From Neophaeotheca triangularis (Eukaryota), in assembly GCA_054600435.1 (NCBI GenBank), contig BAAIJX010000008.1, forward strand, positions 62,001 through 126,000: a stretch of 64,000 bases of DNA. The letters are read 5' to 3'. This document shows positions 1 through 10,677 of the stretch, piece after piece. The position numbers and the translations under genes are program-made. How positions within the stretch are numbered: position 1 is the first letter of the stretch; each line of letters starts with the position of its first letter. The notes below the pieces were generated by a model. The model saw only the letters and a program-made list of their open reading frames with translations, made no database searches and was not told the origin of the DNA.

Positions 1-115
1 TCTATCCAGAATTTCCACAGGTTCCGTAACGTCACACACATGCAGACACTCTCCCTCCGCGGTTCACTGGTTCCACTTGACAGGACACTACCACTCCTCA
101 TGCTGCCGTCTTGCC

Positions 116-1270
116 ATGCTGTTGACCCAGAGCCAAGTATCCGTCGTAGTCTCTTCCATCGTTGTCTTCGTCTTCACCTTCCTGCTATTCATTTCCGGCT
201 ACATACTACAACAACAAACCGTTCAGGAGCTACAACAAGCAATCAAACCCCGCCTTCCTCCGCCACCTCCTTCTTTGGCGCTGGACAGCCATGTCAAGCC
301 TCTCGCAGAAGACCTCGAACGCTCACGACTGTTTGGCGGAAGTCTAGGTAGCAAGGGTCATGTCGCCTATCAGAAATTCGTAAAGCTGGAACAGAATCCC
401 TCACATAACGTGGATTGGAAAAGGCTGGCGCACATTCAATTGGTCAGGAACCATCACGATGTCTGCAATGCATTGATGCTCTTTGGGGAATTGCACCGCT
501 CGAGATCTCCGGCGAGACGGGTGCTTCTGTTCCCGCAAGCTTGGGCTTTGGAGAACAATGTCGGAAAGGGCGATATCTTGGATCCCTTTTTGGATATTAC
601 TAGAAGGCTGTTGAGGTCGGCTGCACGGAGATACAAGGTCGAACTCCGACCAACTGCGCCTGTGATTGACGGGAACGACGACGAAGGACGACCGGAAGTC
701 TATTCTCTAGCAAGTGCCTATGCTCTCTCCGACTTCGATAGGGTTATGAGCATCGAAACGCCTGGACTAATCCGCGACGCATCACCTCTGGACGCAGCGC
801 TTGCTTTCACAGAGCCGGCACCATTTGCCATGCTTCACGACACCGTCGCCGGTGATGGGGTACATTCTGAAGACATTTTTTTATTCCAGCCATCCGTCGA
901 GACGCACGATACCCTCTTGTCACAGCTCGAGGCGTATGCTACCTTTAACGACACCCTGCTTTCGACGGCCTTCCCCGAACCATTGCTACTTGCTTCCTCC
1001 TCAGAAAGCAGTGCATTGGTCAGATCTATCGCGCCGCTACATCAAGCCGGGCCAGGTTTCAACGCCACAGCCTTTCTTTCCGACGCGGCTTACATTCGCT
1101 TCTCCGATCCAAAACTACCTGGTCCAGAATACGATGTCCCTTGGTCGTCGAAATTAGCTGCTCGGCCGAAGAACAAGGACGCAGACTGGGTGTGGACAAA
1201 GCTGTACGGGCAATTCGCGCAGAAGCGTATGGAGATGTGTGGCCTAGATCTGGAACCTTGGAGAGGATAA
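116..1270 (+). CDS. Type II membrane protein, glycosyltransferase family 8-like (divergent)
   Basis: ATG at 116. N-terminal TM (VSVVVSSIVVFVFTFLLFISGYIL), then LAHIQLVRNHHDVCNALMLF..SPARRVLLFP, FDRV and YIRFSDPKLPGPEY, which resemble fungal GT8/Gnt1-like proteins. No canonical DxD seen. Confidence 0.65.
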   Translation: MLLTQSQVSVVVSSIVVFVFTFLLFISGYILQQQTVQELQQAIKPRLPPPPPSLALDSHVKPLAEDLERSRLFGGSLGSKGHVAYQKFVKLEQNPSHNVDWKRLAHIQLVRNHHDVCNALMLFGELHRSRSPARRVLLFPQAWALENNVGKGDILDPFLDITRRLLRSAARRYKVELRPTAPVIDGNDDEGRPEVYSLASAYALSDFDRVMSIETPGLIRDASPLDAALAFTEPAPFAMLHDTVAGDGVHSEDIFLFQPSVETHDTLLSQLEAYATFNDTLLSTAFPEPLLLASSSESSALVRSIAPLHQAGPGFNATAFLSDAAYIRFSDPKLPGPEYDVPWSSKLAARPKNKDADWVWTKLYGQFAQKRMEMCGLDLEPWRG

Positions 1271-1862
1271 TGCATCTATGGATGAGCGTTCTGGGGTTGG
1301 GAAAAAGGGGATTGCATGGTTTGCATGGTGTTTCGAAGGGCGACTTGGCGCTCTCCGTGGCAACTGGCCGCGAGCAACGGCGGCTGCTTGTAGATTTGAT
1401 ACCCAATGATGCGCTCATACTGAATAACGTTAATAGGAAGAGAAAATAGAACGTATCTCGATGAATTGCGCCAAACGACAATAGTCACAATACCTACGGG
1501 AACGGTGGGGCTGCGGAGGTCATATTGCGACTTTATTGACCATGGCCTTCCCACATCACTGACCATGCCACCGTGCGCACTTCTTCTAATGATGGCGAAG
1601 AGGATGTTGAGATGCGGCAAGCCCTGGGCGAAGGGAAGGCGCCGCCCAAATCAACCCGGAGGCACCCTGCTGTCTCCGAACGCTTGCCCGACCTCCTTAC
1701 GCCTCCAGTCTTCCGCGGCACTGATGTCAAATTCACAATCTCCATATAGATCATACGTTCAACTGGATATTACACACGTACGTAAAGGCTCAAAACCGCC
1801 GCAGCCAGACAATTTTTGTGTTCCCTTGCTCCCACCCTGGACAGTGAAACCACACAGCATGC

Positions 1863-3850
1863 TCAAATAACGCGTCCCTTGACCTGCTTGTTCTTCCTGA
1901 CATCAATGTCCCTCCAGCAAGCCACGGCAACAAAAGCAATAGCGAGCACGGCTGTACCACCGATCAGCATGAATTTCTGCGCATCGCCGTAAGCGCGGCT
2001 GATGGCGTCGCGCGCCGGCGTGCCCTGAGGGTAGCTCAACTGGGTCGTCAGGTCGGCGTAGATGGCGAGGTAGTTCTCCTTTTCGTCTTCGGGGAGGTAG
2101 CTCTGCAGGCGTTGCGGGAAGGTGCCGGTCCAGACGGCGCCGGCGACGGTCATGCCGATGGCGCCGCCGATGCTGGCGCACATGCCTTGAATGGCCAAGA
2201 CTACGGTTACGAATTGATGCGATACTGCTGCCATGCATGCGACTTGCTGGAGTGGGGGTCAGTTAGGCTGTTTGAGAGGTGGCTCTGGGGGATGGTGGGT
2301 TTGTCTTACCTCGCAAATGACCAGAGTGCCGCCGGCGAAAGCAATGAAGATCTGGCACATGACAATGTAGCCTATGTTGACGTCGGGTTGGCGGAAAATG
2401 ATCATTAGGGCGACTCCAAGAACAGTGAAGGGCAGGCCGAAGAAGAGCGAGATATTCTTGAACTTGCCAAAGTAAGCGATCCAAGCTCCAGTCACCAACG
2501 ACCAGAAACAGCTGCCGATACTGTAGATGTTGGCGACGTAGGATGTTTCCGTGATGTTAAGGCCTGGCACGACCTGGAGGAAAGAGTTGAAGTAGGAGTC
2601 CCAGATGTAGAAGGACACAAAGATGGTCGCGGCGAGCACGTTGGATCCCAGGATCGTGCGGTCTTTTAAGAGGTGGAACGGAATGAATTGTACCGGCGCA
2701 AGGAACTTCTCGTACGCCGCGAACATGCCCAGGAGTACGACACCAGCGACGAGCATGCCAATGATCATTGGTGATTCCCATCCCTCAGGCTGGTAGCTGT
2801 AAAGCGAAAATGGCAGCAGAAAGAGTGCGATGCCAGCGCATACAAGTACCAAGCCAATCAAGTCGAATTGGATGGCGTAGTATTTCAAGGATTGAAGTTT
2901 TGTCCGCCCGCTGTCGACCACCGGGAGCAATCCCGCCTTTTGTGCCTTGCGCTGGTTGTACAAGAAAAGTGCCAGAAGTGGCGCGCAAGCGACCGGCTGG
3001 ATGATGCTGAAGGCGCCGAAACCCCATCGGAATCCGGGACCATTTAGGAAAGCAGTGGCCAGAGGTCCACCGATCCAGGTTGTAATGATGTATGGGGAGC
3101 TCGAGTAGGCAAACATGAACCCTCTGTGCTTGAGGTGAGTGGTATCGGCGATGAAAATTCCCATGGTGTAGTCGAGACCATTGTATCTGTTTCATGTCAG
3201 CTAACGCTCCGTGACGTTGCAAGACCTGCGGTGGTACTGACCCGACCCAGTAGAAGACTTGAGCCGCCGCATACGTCTCGACGTTATTGCAGCCAGCCAT
3301 CATGACCAACCCAAGTGTAAGGCAGAACATCATCAAGGCGTAGCCTTGCGGTCTGTCTTGTGTTAGAGATTGCATTGCGTCCACTGCCACAGTCAGCTGG
3401 CCTACCTTCCGTAGATATCCAACACCTTTGCCAGAGGCAATTTGCTGACACCACCAACAATGCTGCTCATAATGTCTACCGCAGCAGTTGCGGAGTGCTG
3501 CTGGAAAGCACTGGTAACGTAGGGGCGCATGGCTCCGCTAACGCTCGACTGCAAAGCACTGATGAAGAAGATGATCCATATCCTATGGGAGTCAGCATGC
3601 ATCAGAGCACTATCGATCTTCGCAATGCTTACAGAATGTAGGCGGTGATGAGGTGCGACTTGCTCCAGACCTGCGTTGTCGCCTCGATCTTCTTAACTCC
3701 TGGTTGGAAGTCCTCTGAAGTCTCGCTTGCATCGTCAGATGTTGGAACCTGAGTCTCGTGGACACCATCTTTGCGTTCGTCCCCAAGGTTGATATCGTTG
3801 CCCTCTGGCTGGGCAGCCGAGGAGGCTTTGAAAGGAGAAGTGAATCCCAT
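1863..3850 (-). CDS. mirB: Siderophore-iron transporter (MFS, MirB/Str/ARN family), 5 exons
   Basis: Exons 3850-3633, 3582-3406, 3352-3242, 3186-2310 and 2246-1863, all GT..AG with CTRAC branch points and frame-continuous. Motifs GVKKIEATTQVWSK, PYVTSAFQQHS, KLPLAKVLDIYGR, IFIADTTHLKHRG, IYADLTTQLSYP. Confidence 0.9.
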
Positions 3851-4408
3851 TGTCGACAGAGCTACAGAGAGGTGGTGGAAGAAGCGAACGGGTACGAAGA
3901 TTGGAGGTCAGACACGACCCTATAAAGACAGAGCCTGCGAGTCTAGAGGGGAGCTCCGTTGCACTATGGCCTTGGCCATGCGGCGAAGGTTCTAGGTAGG
4001 GGTCACCTTCTGCGGGCTAGAAGTAGAAGCATGCCCGACTTCGGTACAAGAGCGAGCGCCCTTACTAGGCCTGTAAGTAGTGCAGGGTTCTCGAAACCAG
4101 GTCAACTGAGCTTGTGCGCGCATCGCACCAAAGGTAGGTTAGCGTCCCATGTGAAGAGGGGGCATGAATATGCTCAACCAACGTCGGGCCCACCTTATCA
4201 ATTACAAGGATCTAATCAGATCAAGTCATGTAGGCTGCTAGCGAAACAAGCATCGACCGAAGAGAATTCTGCTCCGGCTTGCAGGCGAGCTTCGACGATC
4301 CTGGTCGCCCAACGGTCACGGGCCCCGACCAACTGTGTGCCTATGCGTATGATTGGATCAGAACGTGGCCAGGCCGAAGCGTGGGATAGAGGTGAAGACG
4401 AGACTAGG

Positions 4409-4455
4409 TTATCAGATCACGAAACGGTACCCGCACTCTCGCTTCCATCTGATAA
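4409..4455. promoter_or_regulatory. Paired SreA/SRE-type iron-responsive GATA sites (ATCWGATAA)
   Basis: TTATCAGAT at 4409-4417 and ATCTGATAA at 4447-4455, in inverted orientation, 560-600 bp upstream of the siderophore transporter ATG. A near-match TAATCAGAT lies at 4213-4221. Confidence 0.75.
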
Positions 4456-5309
4456 CTGTGGGAAACATTGGCTGCGCTACTGCACGCTTTGGCAGAATTT
4501 TCCATTCAAGCATCGCTTGGCATCGAGTAAGATTACGCCCGGGCGCCCTATTGATGGAAATGAGGCCTGTCGCAGGGGCTCTGGCCCGCAATAATATCAG
4601 CGTGGTGTCCCTCGGCATTTCAGGGTAGGTAGGGCTCGTAGGGGGACCAGCCAACTAGGGGGCCTTCGAAGCCTCCCGTTTGCAGGTCGAGCCTTGGGCG
4701 ATATCGGCCAACGGAGGTGACCGGGAAGACTGAGGCGCATTACTCGAGTAACATGCGGCTTGGCAAGTACACGCCGCTCTTGAGAGATGCTGGAAAGCCC
4801 CCCAATCCAGCCGAAGGGGTCGATATACGATTTCACCAGGGTGTCAATTGGGAGCGAAGATTCTTTCTCGCGTGTCTTGGTGCGTCTCCGGAACTGGCTC
4901 TAAGGCGAGTAACGTCCGGAATGCTGTGTTCTAGCTCCCCGGCGCGCATTCATTGTCCTCACGGGCTCCAAGTATGTAGCATCGCAAACCAACGTCGTCA
5001 GAACTTTCGAGGTCGTTATACCCGTACAGCTTGAGTCTGTCTTAGAATTGACAGTGGCTTTTTGAAGAGTACCGGGTTAGGATGTTTTCTTCCATCCTTC
5101 ACGCTGGTAGGAGATAGCTGGCTGGCTCATATGCCAAGACTTCGTAGACCGCGGCTTTGCCGAACCGAGCTCTCACTGCATGTGAACTTTTCAGGAAACC
5201 TGAGCTTCCACTCCAAGAGCTCACATAATCATTTCATCGGCAAAACAGTCGCAGACTCGCAACTCGAGCAGCAATCGCCGCACCTTCACGCACTCGAGAA
5301 ACCGCAACC

Positions 5310-6047
5310 ATGGCACGAAACAGCGAAAAAGCGCAGTCGATGCTATTCCGCTTCCGCGCGCAACAAGCCCAAGACCTCGGAATCGTCAGCACAACAGGCA
5401 CACGGCGGCCCAAGAACATCTCCTCCCAGGACAGTATCCCCGTGTGCGAACGATGGCGCGGTACAGTGCTCAAAGACATTTCGCGCAAAGTGTCCAAGAT
5501 CCAGGACCCGGCGCTGAGCGACTACATGATCCGCGACATCAACGACGAGCTGAACAAGCTGTTTCGCGAGAAATTTCAGTGGGAGTTGAGGATCAAGGAT
5601 TTGGGGGGACCGAATTATATGCGTGGGACGGGGAGAGTGACGGATGGTCAGGGTAGAGTTATTGAGGGGGCTGGGAAGGGGTATCAGTATTATGGGAGGG
5701 CGAAGGAGTTGCCGGGCGTCAAGGAGCTTTTTGAGGCGGCTACGAGGAAGCCGGAGAAGGACGATGGCAAGGGTGAGCAGAGGAGGGAGTTGAGGCAGAG
5801 GGTGGACGCCGTGTACTATGGGTATAATTTGGATGAGGAAGTGGGTAACTTGTTGCAGTATGAGGGAAGGCGAGAGGCGCAGGAGGTGGAGCGGCAAATG
5901 GTTGAGGAGGAGACGGGTAGAGGTGACGATTGGGGGCCGTTACCGGGCGACGCGGGGGATGGTGTGATTTGGAACTTGCCTACGGTTGAGGAAGTCGGGA
6001 ATGAGCTGCTTGAAAGGCGGAAAAAGAAGATGCTGGATAGTCTTTGA
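5310..6047 (+). CDS. ISY1: Pre-mRNA splicing factor Isy1
   Basis: MARNSEKAQSMLFRF start, CERWRG..ISRKVSKIQDPALSDYMIRDINDELNKL, GYQYYGRAKELPGVKELFE. Single exon. Confidence 0.96.
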   Translation: MARNSEKAQSMLFRFRAQQAQDLGIVSTTGTRRPKNISSQDSIPVCERWRGTVLKDISRKVSKIQDPALSDYMIRDINDELNKLFREKFQWELRIKDLGGPNYMRGTGRVTDGQGRVIEGAGKGYQYYGRAKELPGVKELFEAATRKPEKDDGKGEQRRELRQRVDAVYYGYNLDEEVGNLLQYEGRREAQEVERQMVEEETGRGDDWGPLPGDAGDGVIWNLPTVEEVGNELLERRKKKMLDSL

Positions 6048-6268
6048 GGACTTGAACGAGATCTATCTACGATAGAGGCAGCTAGCCCTGTCACGCCGAA
6101 TAAACTTGGAAGACCAACGAGGGCATCGACTTGGATCAACAGTGAGTACCAAATATACAATCTATTCAAGGGTATAGCGCAGCCAAAACCAACGACACCC
6201 ACAGGATCGAATACTAGAAGGCAGAGCCGCAAAGAGCGCTCGGAGTCAGACGCCAGCCGAAGATGACG

Positions 6269-8425
6269 CTATGCGTTGCCGCTCTTTTCAACCTGCGCAC
6301 CGTTCGCGGCATCGGCGCTTGGACACCAATTCTCTTCATCCCAGCCAGGCGGTCTCCAAACAAGCAGATCAGAAGCCTCGCGACTCCAGGGACCCAGATC
6401 TTTGGGCGGTTCTGGCTCGTCTGTCACAGGCGATCGAGGCGTACGAAAAGGTTTCGCGAAGATAGCCGTAGACGTACCACTCGCCGATGTATTGAGACTC
6501 ACGGCACCTTTGCCCTGCTTTTTATTTGCTTTGGTGAAGCGTTGTACTTCGGCAGGTCTCGACACTCGGGGCGCAGTCTTGGATTGCTTCGGCACTTGCT
6601 CCTGTACTTCGTTAGGCATCGACACAAGAGGCGCAGTCTTGGATTGCTCCGGTCTTTGAGCACCTGGGTTAGGCGATGCTGATTTCGCGGACGAGGGCGT
6701 ATACCGCACTGGCGCGCCTGCCACGCGTTTTGTGCTCTGTTGAGGTTTCGGCACAATGACCGAGTCAGCTTCGGAAGCTACCCGACGGAACGTGTTACCT
6801 TTGCGAGGCATAGGCGCCGAAGGGGCGTGCGCGTTCGTTGGTTCTGGAGGAGGCGCGGTTGGTGGCCGTTGCACAAGCATCTGATCTAGGCGACCGAGCT
6901 CGGTTCTTGTCGCCTCTAGCGCTGACTGCGGCTGCTCTGAGGCCTCTTGGGAACCATGAAGAGGAGATACTCGAGACTCCTTGCTTGTCGTCCTACGCGT
7001 AGACGTCCAGTCCTCCTCTAGTTGGGTCACTCGCTTCGTCGTCCTTGCCTCATCCTTCGCCTTCATGCGAGCAAGTCTTTCTTCAAGCAACTGTCGCTGA
7101 GTTTTCGGTTGCGTAGTCTTCTCCTGAGACACTGCATCCAGAAGGCCGGCAGCGCCATCGTCTGTGTTCGTCGACCTTGCTCGCGAGGGCCTGCTCGTTA
7201 GTTGCGTGTGACATAGAAGTGTCTTCTTCTTCGGTGCACTCGATGCAATTCGAAGCTTCTCCGTCTTGTTCTCGGACCTCGAGATGGGTTCCGTACTTTC
7301 TGGTCGTTCTCTCCTTCCCGTAGCAGTAAGTCTGGCTGAGTGAGCCTGGTCCTCCCTCTCCCGCGCCTTGTTGTTTCGCACCGCGGGGGTATGTTCTGAG
7401 AGGGCAGTTGGCAAACCTGGCTGTTCCAAGCCCCTTTCCTGCTCTGGGCGTGATGGTTTGGCGGTCCGTAGAGTTGTGTCGACTCCTTTGCTAGTTGAAG
7501 AGGGGTGAGTTTCGCTCTGTTTTCCAGGGTTTGGCGGCGGACTCGATCTTGCCACCGGCTTCGGTGTTGCGTTTCCCTTTTGCGGAGAAGACATAGGAGC
7601 CAGAGCATCGCTTGAAAATCCAGGAAGGAACCTCTCAGTAAGGTCTTCATCAGCATCCGCACTGAGATCTATGACCTCCCGCATTCCAAGCCGCTGCTGT
7701 CCTTGGTTTGCGCCCTTCTTTTTGCGCGAGTCCGCCGTTCGCGCCCAAAGTGGTGCTTCCTTTTGAGGATTCCGCTTAGATGGCGTCGTTGTGCGGGTTA
7801 CGTTCCAAGCGGGCTGGCCAGCCAATCGCGGCTTCTTTGGCGGCCTTCCTTCTTCCCACCCCTCGTTCTCGGTCCCTCCATGCTTCTCCTCGAAAGGCGA
7901 CCGTGTTGGTAAAGCAGCTTTCCCAATCGGCCCTTTGGGCGTACCGAGTAGTGCATTGAGCGATCTGTGTTTCAATTGAACGCCTGTGCCAGGTGCCCTG
8001 GCGGGTATCGGAATGGGCGTCTGAATAGCCAGATGTGCCTGTACCGCTCTGACCGGGCTCGACGGAATCTGGTGAGGAGTTCTACTCTTCTTGCTGGCCT
8101 TCAAATCTGTCAAATCGGTCTGGGTATGCCCGCAGCAGTCCGCGACCTGTACCAATCCGCCACCTTTATCCAAAGTCACCTCGTCCCCATCTTGCGGTGC
8201 CTCCTCACTGGTCAAATATGTCTCTCCAATCAAGTTCCGTGGTACATCCCAGACCATGACACGTTTGTTGAACGCGTGGTATCGCAAAAGTCCATCTTGC
8301 CAGCGCTTCTGCTTTCGTCGAAGGTCATGGGTGTAGAGGCAGTTGTACTCGAGTACAGGCGCGGTGTTCTCAGTCTGCGGGACCGATAGCGAAGGAGTAG
8401 CGGTACGATAGACTGCTGATGACAT
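6269..8425 (-). CDS. DUF2439 (Mte1/ZGRF1 N-terminal-like) protein with a long disordered region
   Basis: N-terminal EYNCLYTHDLRRKQKRWQDGLLRYHAFNKRVMVWD motif; C-terminal DLGPWSREASDLLVWRPP; 718-aa ORF. Confidence 0.8.
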   Translation of the reverse strand: MSSAVYRTATPSLSVPQTENTAPVLEYNCLYTHDLRRKQKRWQDGLLRYHAFNKRVMVWDVPRNLIGETYLTSEEAPQDGDEVTLDKGGGLVQVADCCGHTQTDLTDLKASKKSRTPHQIPSSPVRAVQAHLAIQTPIPIPARAPGTGVQLKHRSLNALLGTPKGPIGKAALPTRSPFEEKHGGTENEGWEEGRPPKKPRLAGQPAWNVTRTTTPSKRNPQKEAPLWARTADSRKKKGANQGQQRLGMREVIDLSADADEDLTERFLPGFSSDALAPMSSPQKGNATPKPVARSSPPPNPGKQSETHPSSTSKGVDTTLRTAKPSRPEQERGLEQPGLPTALSEHTPAVRNNKAREREDQAHSARLTATGRRERPESTEPISRSENKTEKLRIASSAPKKKTLLCHTQLTSRPSRARSTNTDDGAAGLLDAVSQEKTTQPKTQRQLLEERLARMKAKDEARTTKRVTQLEEDWTSTRRTTSKESRVSPLHGSQEASEQPQSALEATRTELGRLDQMLVQRPPTAPPPEPTNAHAPSAPMPRKGNTFRRVASEADSVIVPKPQQSTKRVAGAPVRYTPSSAKSASPNPGAQRPEQSKTAPLVSMPNEVQEQVPKQSKTAPRVSRPAEVQRFTKANKKQGKGAVSLNTSASGTSTAIFAKPFRTPRSPVTDEPEPPKDLGPWSREASDLLVWRPPGWDEENWCPSADAANGAQVEKSGNA
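6543..6653. repeat. Imperfect 60-bp tandem duplication inside the DUF2439 gene
   Basis: TGTACTTCG..GACAC..GGCGCAGTCTTGGATTGCT occurs at 6543 and again at 6603. It encodes QSKTAPLVSMPNEVQ / QSKTAPRVSRPAEVQ. Confidence 0.85.
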
Positions 8426-8814
8426 GGCTGGCTCGTCATCTCGTAGTGCGCGCCATTATTGCATACAGTATTGCACAAGTCGTGGAAAATTGGAAGGCCC
8501 CAAGGTCAAGGCTAGGTCACAGGGTTTGGCCTGGGTTATGTACCAAGGGCAGGTGCAGGGCGGGTAGGCGGCGGGGTGACGTGACGCGGAAAATCGCGGT
8601 GTCACGTGAGCGGACGTCAGTCTACTAAACTTTACACAAGGCATAAACTGGAAGACGCCCTGCTTATTTAGGTACCTATCCCTTTTCCATTGACCGAATA
8701 ATAATGTTCATCAAGAATAAATTCAGGTTGGTTTTAAAGACTTCGCCTTTTGAGTGATTGTGTTACAGTGGCAGTTTAGCCACGTTTCCGAATGAGACCT
8801 TGCAACTGCATAAT

Positions 8815-10023
8815 TCAATCACCGTCCCCAAGAAGCCCATCGAGCAAGCCACCAGTAAGATCCAGAACAACTCCCAAAAGCTTGGAAGCCCCAAGCAAGT
8901 CACCATTCGTCAAGTTCAATGCCTTGTTCGCCTCTAGAAAGCCCGACCCTTTCCCAGTAAGAATCTCAATCAGATTCGGCCAAGGACTTTCAGGGTTGGG
9001 TAGGTCAGCAATAATTGTCCGCTTGGACTGCGTCGAGGCAGAGTTAGGATTGACAACAGCCTGCGCGACCGCCTTAACCCATTCGTACGGGTCCGACCGT
9101 CCCTCGCTCTGTCCAGCGTCCCAGTACTCCCATCCAACGGCGCAGCCGAAACCAGAAGAGGTCCCGTACTTGGCAGCCAGATCGGAGAGCACTGACTTCA
9201 AGTTCGATAAAGCGACATACCCTGAGCCGCCGTCGTTGGGGTTGTCCAAAACGCCCATCACGACGCGGCTGGAATCCCAGCCAGCAGTGACTATGCCCTC
9301 ATACCAAGTGGTCGATCGAGCGTCGCCCCAGCCATTGTAGAACTGCGCATTGTACCAGTTCACCAGCTTGCCATTTGGGCGCGAGGGCTCGTTGGCCGCG
9401 GCGTCAAGATCAAAGTAATTGAAACCTGAGAGGCCGGGGCCGTTGGGTAGAAGAGCCGAAGCCACGGGCGCCATGCTCAATAGGAAATCCGGGCCAAAGT
9501 CGGCATGCAAGCGGCGAAGTAGGCGTAGGGGGGTGTCGAGGGAAACGCACTCCTCGATGTCGAGATCGAGACCGTCGATGTTGTGGGCGCGCAGAGTTTG
9601 CAGCAAGGGCACGTAGTGGGCTTCAAAGGACGCATCGTCGCCGCTGAGTCTTTCGTATGAGCCTTTTGCAGCACCGCCCAGCATCATGTTCACTTTGATG
9701 CCACCAGCTTGGAGCTGTGCTGCTTCGTCCCACATGGTGTCCCAGACGGTGGAGTTGGGGTTGTCGTCATTGAGCTTTATGTCACCAGGAGTGTCGTTGA
9801 TATGGAGGGACGAGAGTAAGACGTGGGTGACGCCCGTGTTCTCGGTGAGAAGAGGGAGTAGGGACAGCGGCCGTCCATGTACTGTGTGGAAGGTCTGAAT
9901 GTATGCTACCGTTCGAGGCACCCCGGCTATGGTGGCTCGACGTTCGACGTGTATGTCTGTTGGGATTCCTCGAACAAGTGGAACGCAGGCACACAGCAAG
10001 CTGATAAAATTGAAGAATGACAT
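8815..10023 (-). CDS. Glycoside hydrolase family 18, endo-beta-N-acetylglucosaminidase-like, with a signal peptide and a UBA-like C-terminal segment
   Basis: Likely ATG at 10023 (MSFFNFISLLCACVPLVRG signal peptide). Catalytic DGLDLDIEE (DxxDxDxE); MLGGAAKGSY, WYNAQFYNGWG and GWEYW motifs. Confidence 0.85.
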   Translation of the reverse strand: MSFFNFISLLCACVPLVRGIPTDIHVERRATIAGVPRTVAYIQTFHTVHGRPLSLLPLLTENTGVTHVLLSSLHINDTPGDIKLNDDNPNSTVWDTMWDEAAQLQAGGIKVNMMLGGAAKGSYERLSGDDASFEAHYVPLLQTLRAHNIDGLDLDIEECVSLDTPLRLLRRLHADFGPDFLLSMAPVASALLPNGPGLSGFNYFDLDAAANEPSRPNGKLVNWYNAQFYNGWGDARSTTWYEGIVTAGWDSSRVVMGVLDNPNDGGSGYVALSNLKSVLSDLAAKYGTSSGFGCAVGWEYWDAGQSEGRSDPYEWVKAVAQAVVNPNSASTQSKRTIIADLPNPESPWPNLIEILTGKGSGFLEANKALNLTNGDLLGASKLLGVVLDLTGGLLDGLLGDGD

Positions 10024-10677
10024 ACTCGCATACGAAAGTATTGAAGTCGACGTTGATGTTGATACCACATTAAGCGGCAACATAGCTGCATTTTGACCTT
10101 GTCTGTGTTCGGGGCGACGCATTGTGCGCGACACGCTTGAACGCCTCGGTGTGCCATCATTGAGAAGTTTGAGGCTTGATCTTCCGCCGAAGAGAATGGA
10201 TCCGGACCCATTATGTTTGCATGGTTTCTTTGGTGGTCGCTAGTACTACAACAGAGTAGCGAGCAGGTGTTAGTAGTGTCGGCAGTATCGCAGTGTGGCG
10301 ATCTTCGACCAAACAGGAAGGCGCATTGCCAAGATCGTCGCTCGCAGATCTCTTCACAGCTCTACACGGACCACCAGTACCACGCTCCTCCACGTGAAGT
10401 TGTATCCGGGCGTGAAGAATCCTGCAGTCGATTGTCCTCGATCATGTTCGATCAGACATGGCTCAGCTGAAAAGTCGCGGGGCAAGAAGCCAAAAGCAGA
10501 GCACGGATTCTGCCGTACGCCCCAAGTCATAGCCATTTCTTAGCGCGCCGGCCACGCGATACGCCTCTTGCGACATACCTCCTATTGTTGCGACAGAAGT
10601 GACGACGGTTGGTTCATGTCCTGCGAGATTTGGTTCATAGAGCGAGATCTCAATCTTGTTATCAGCGATTCTTGGTT

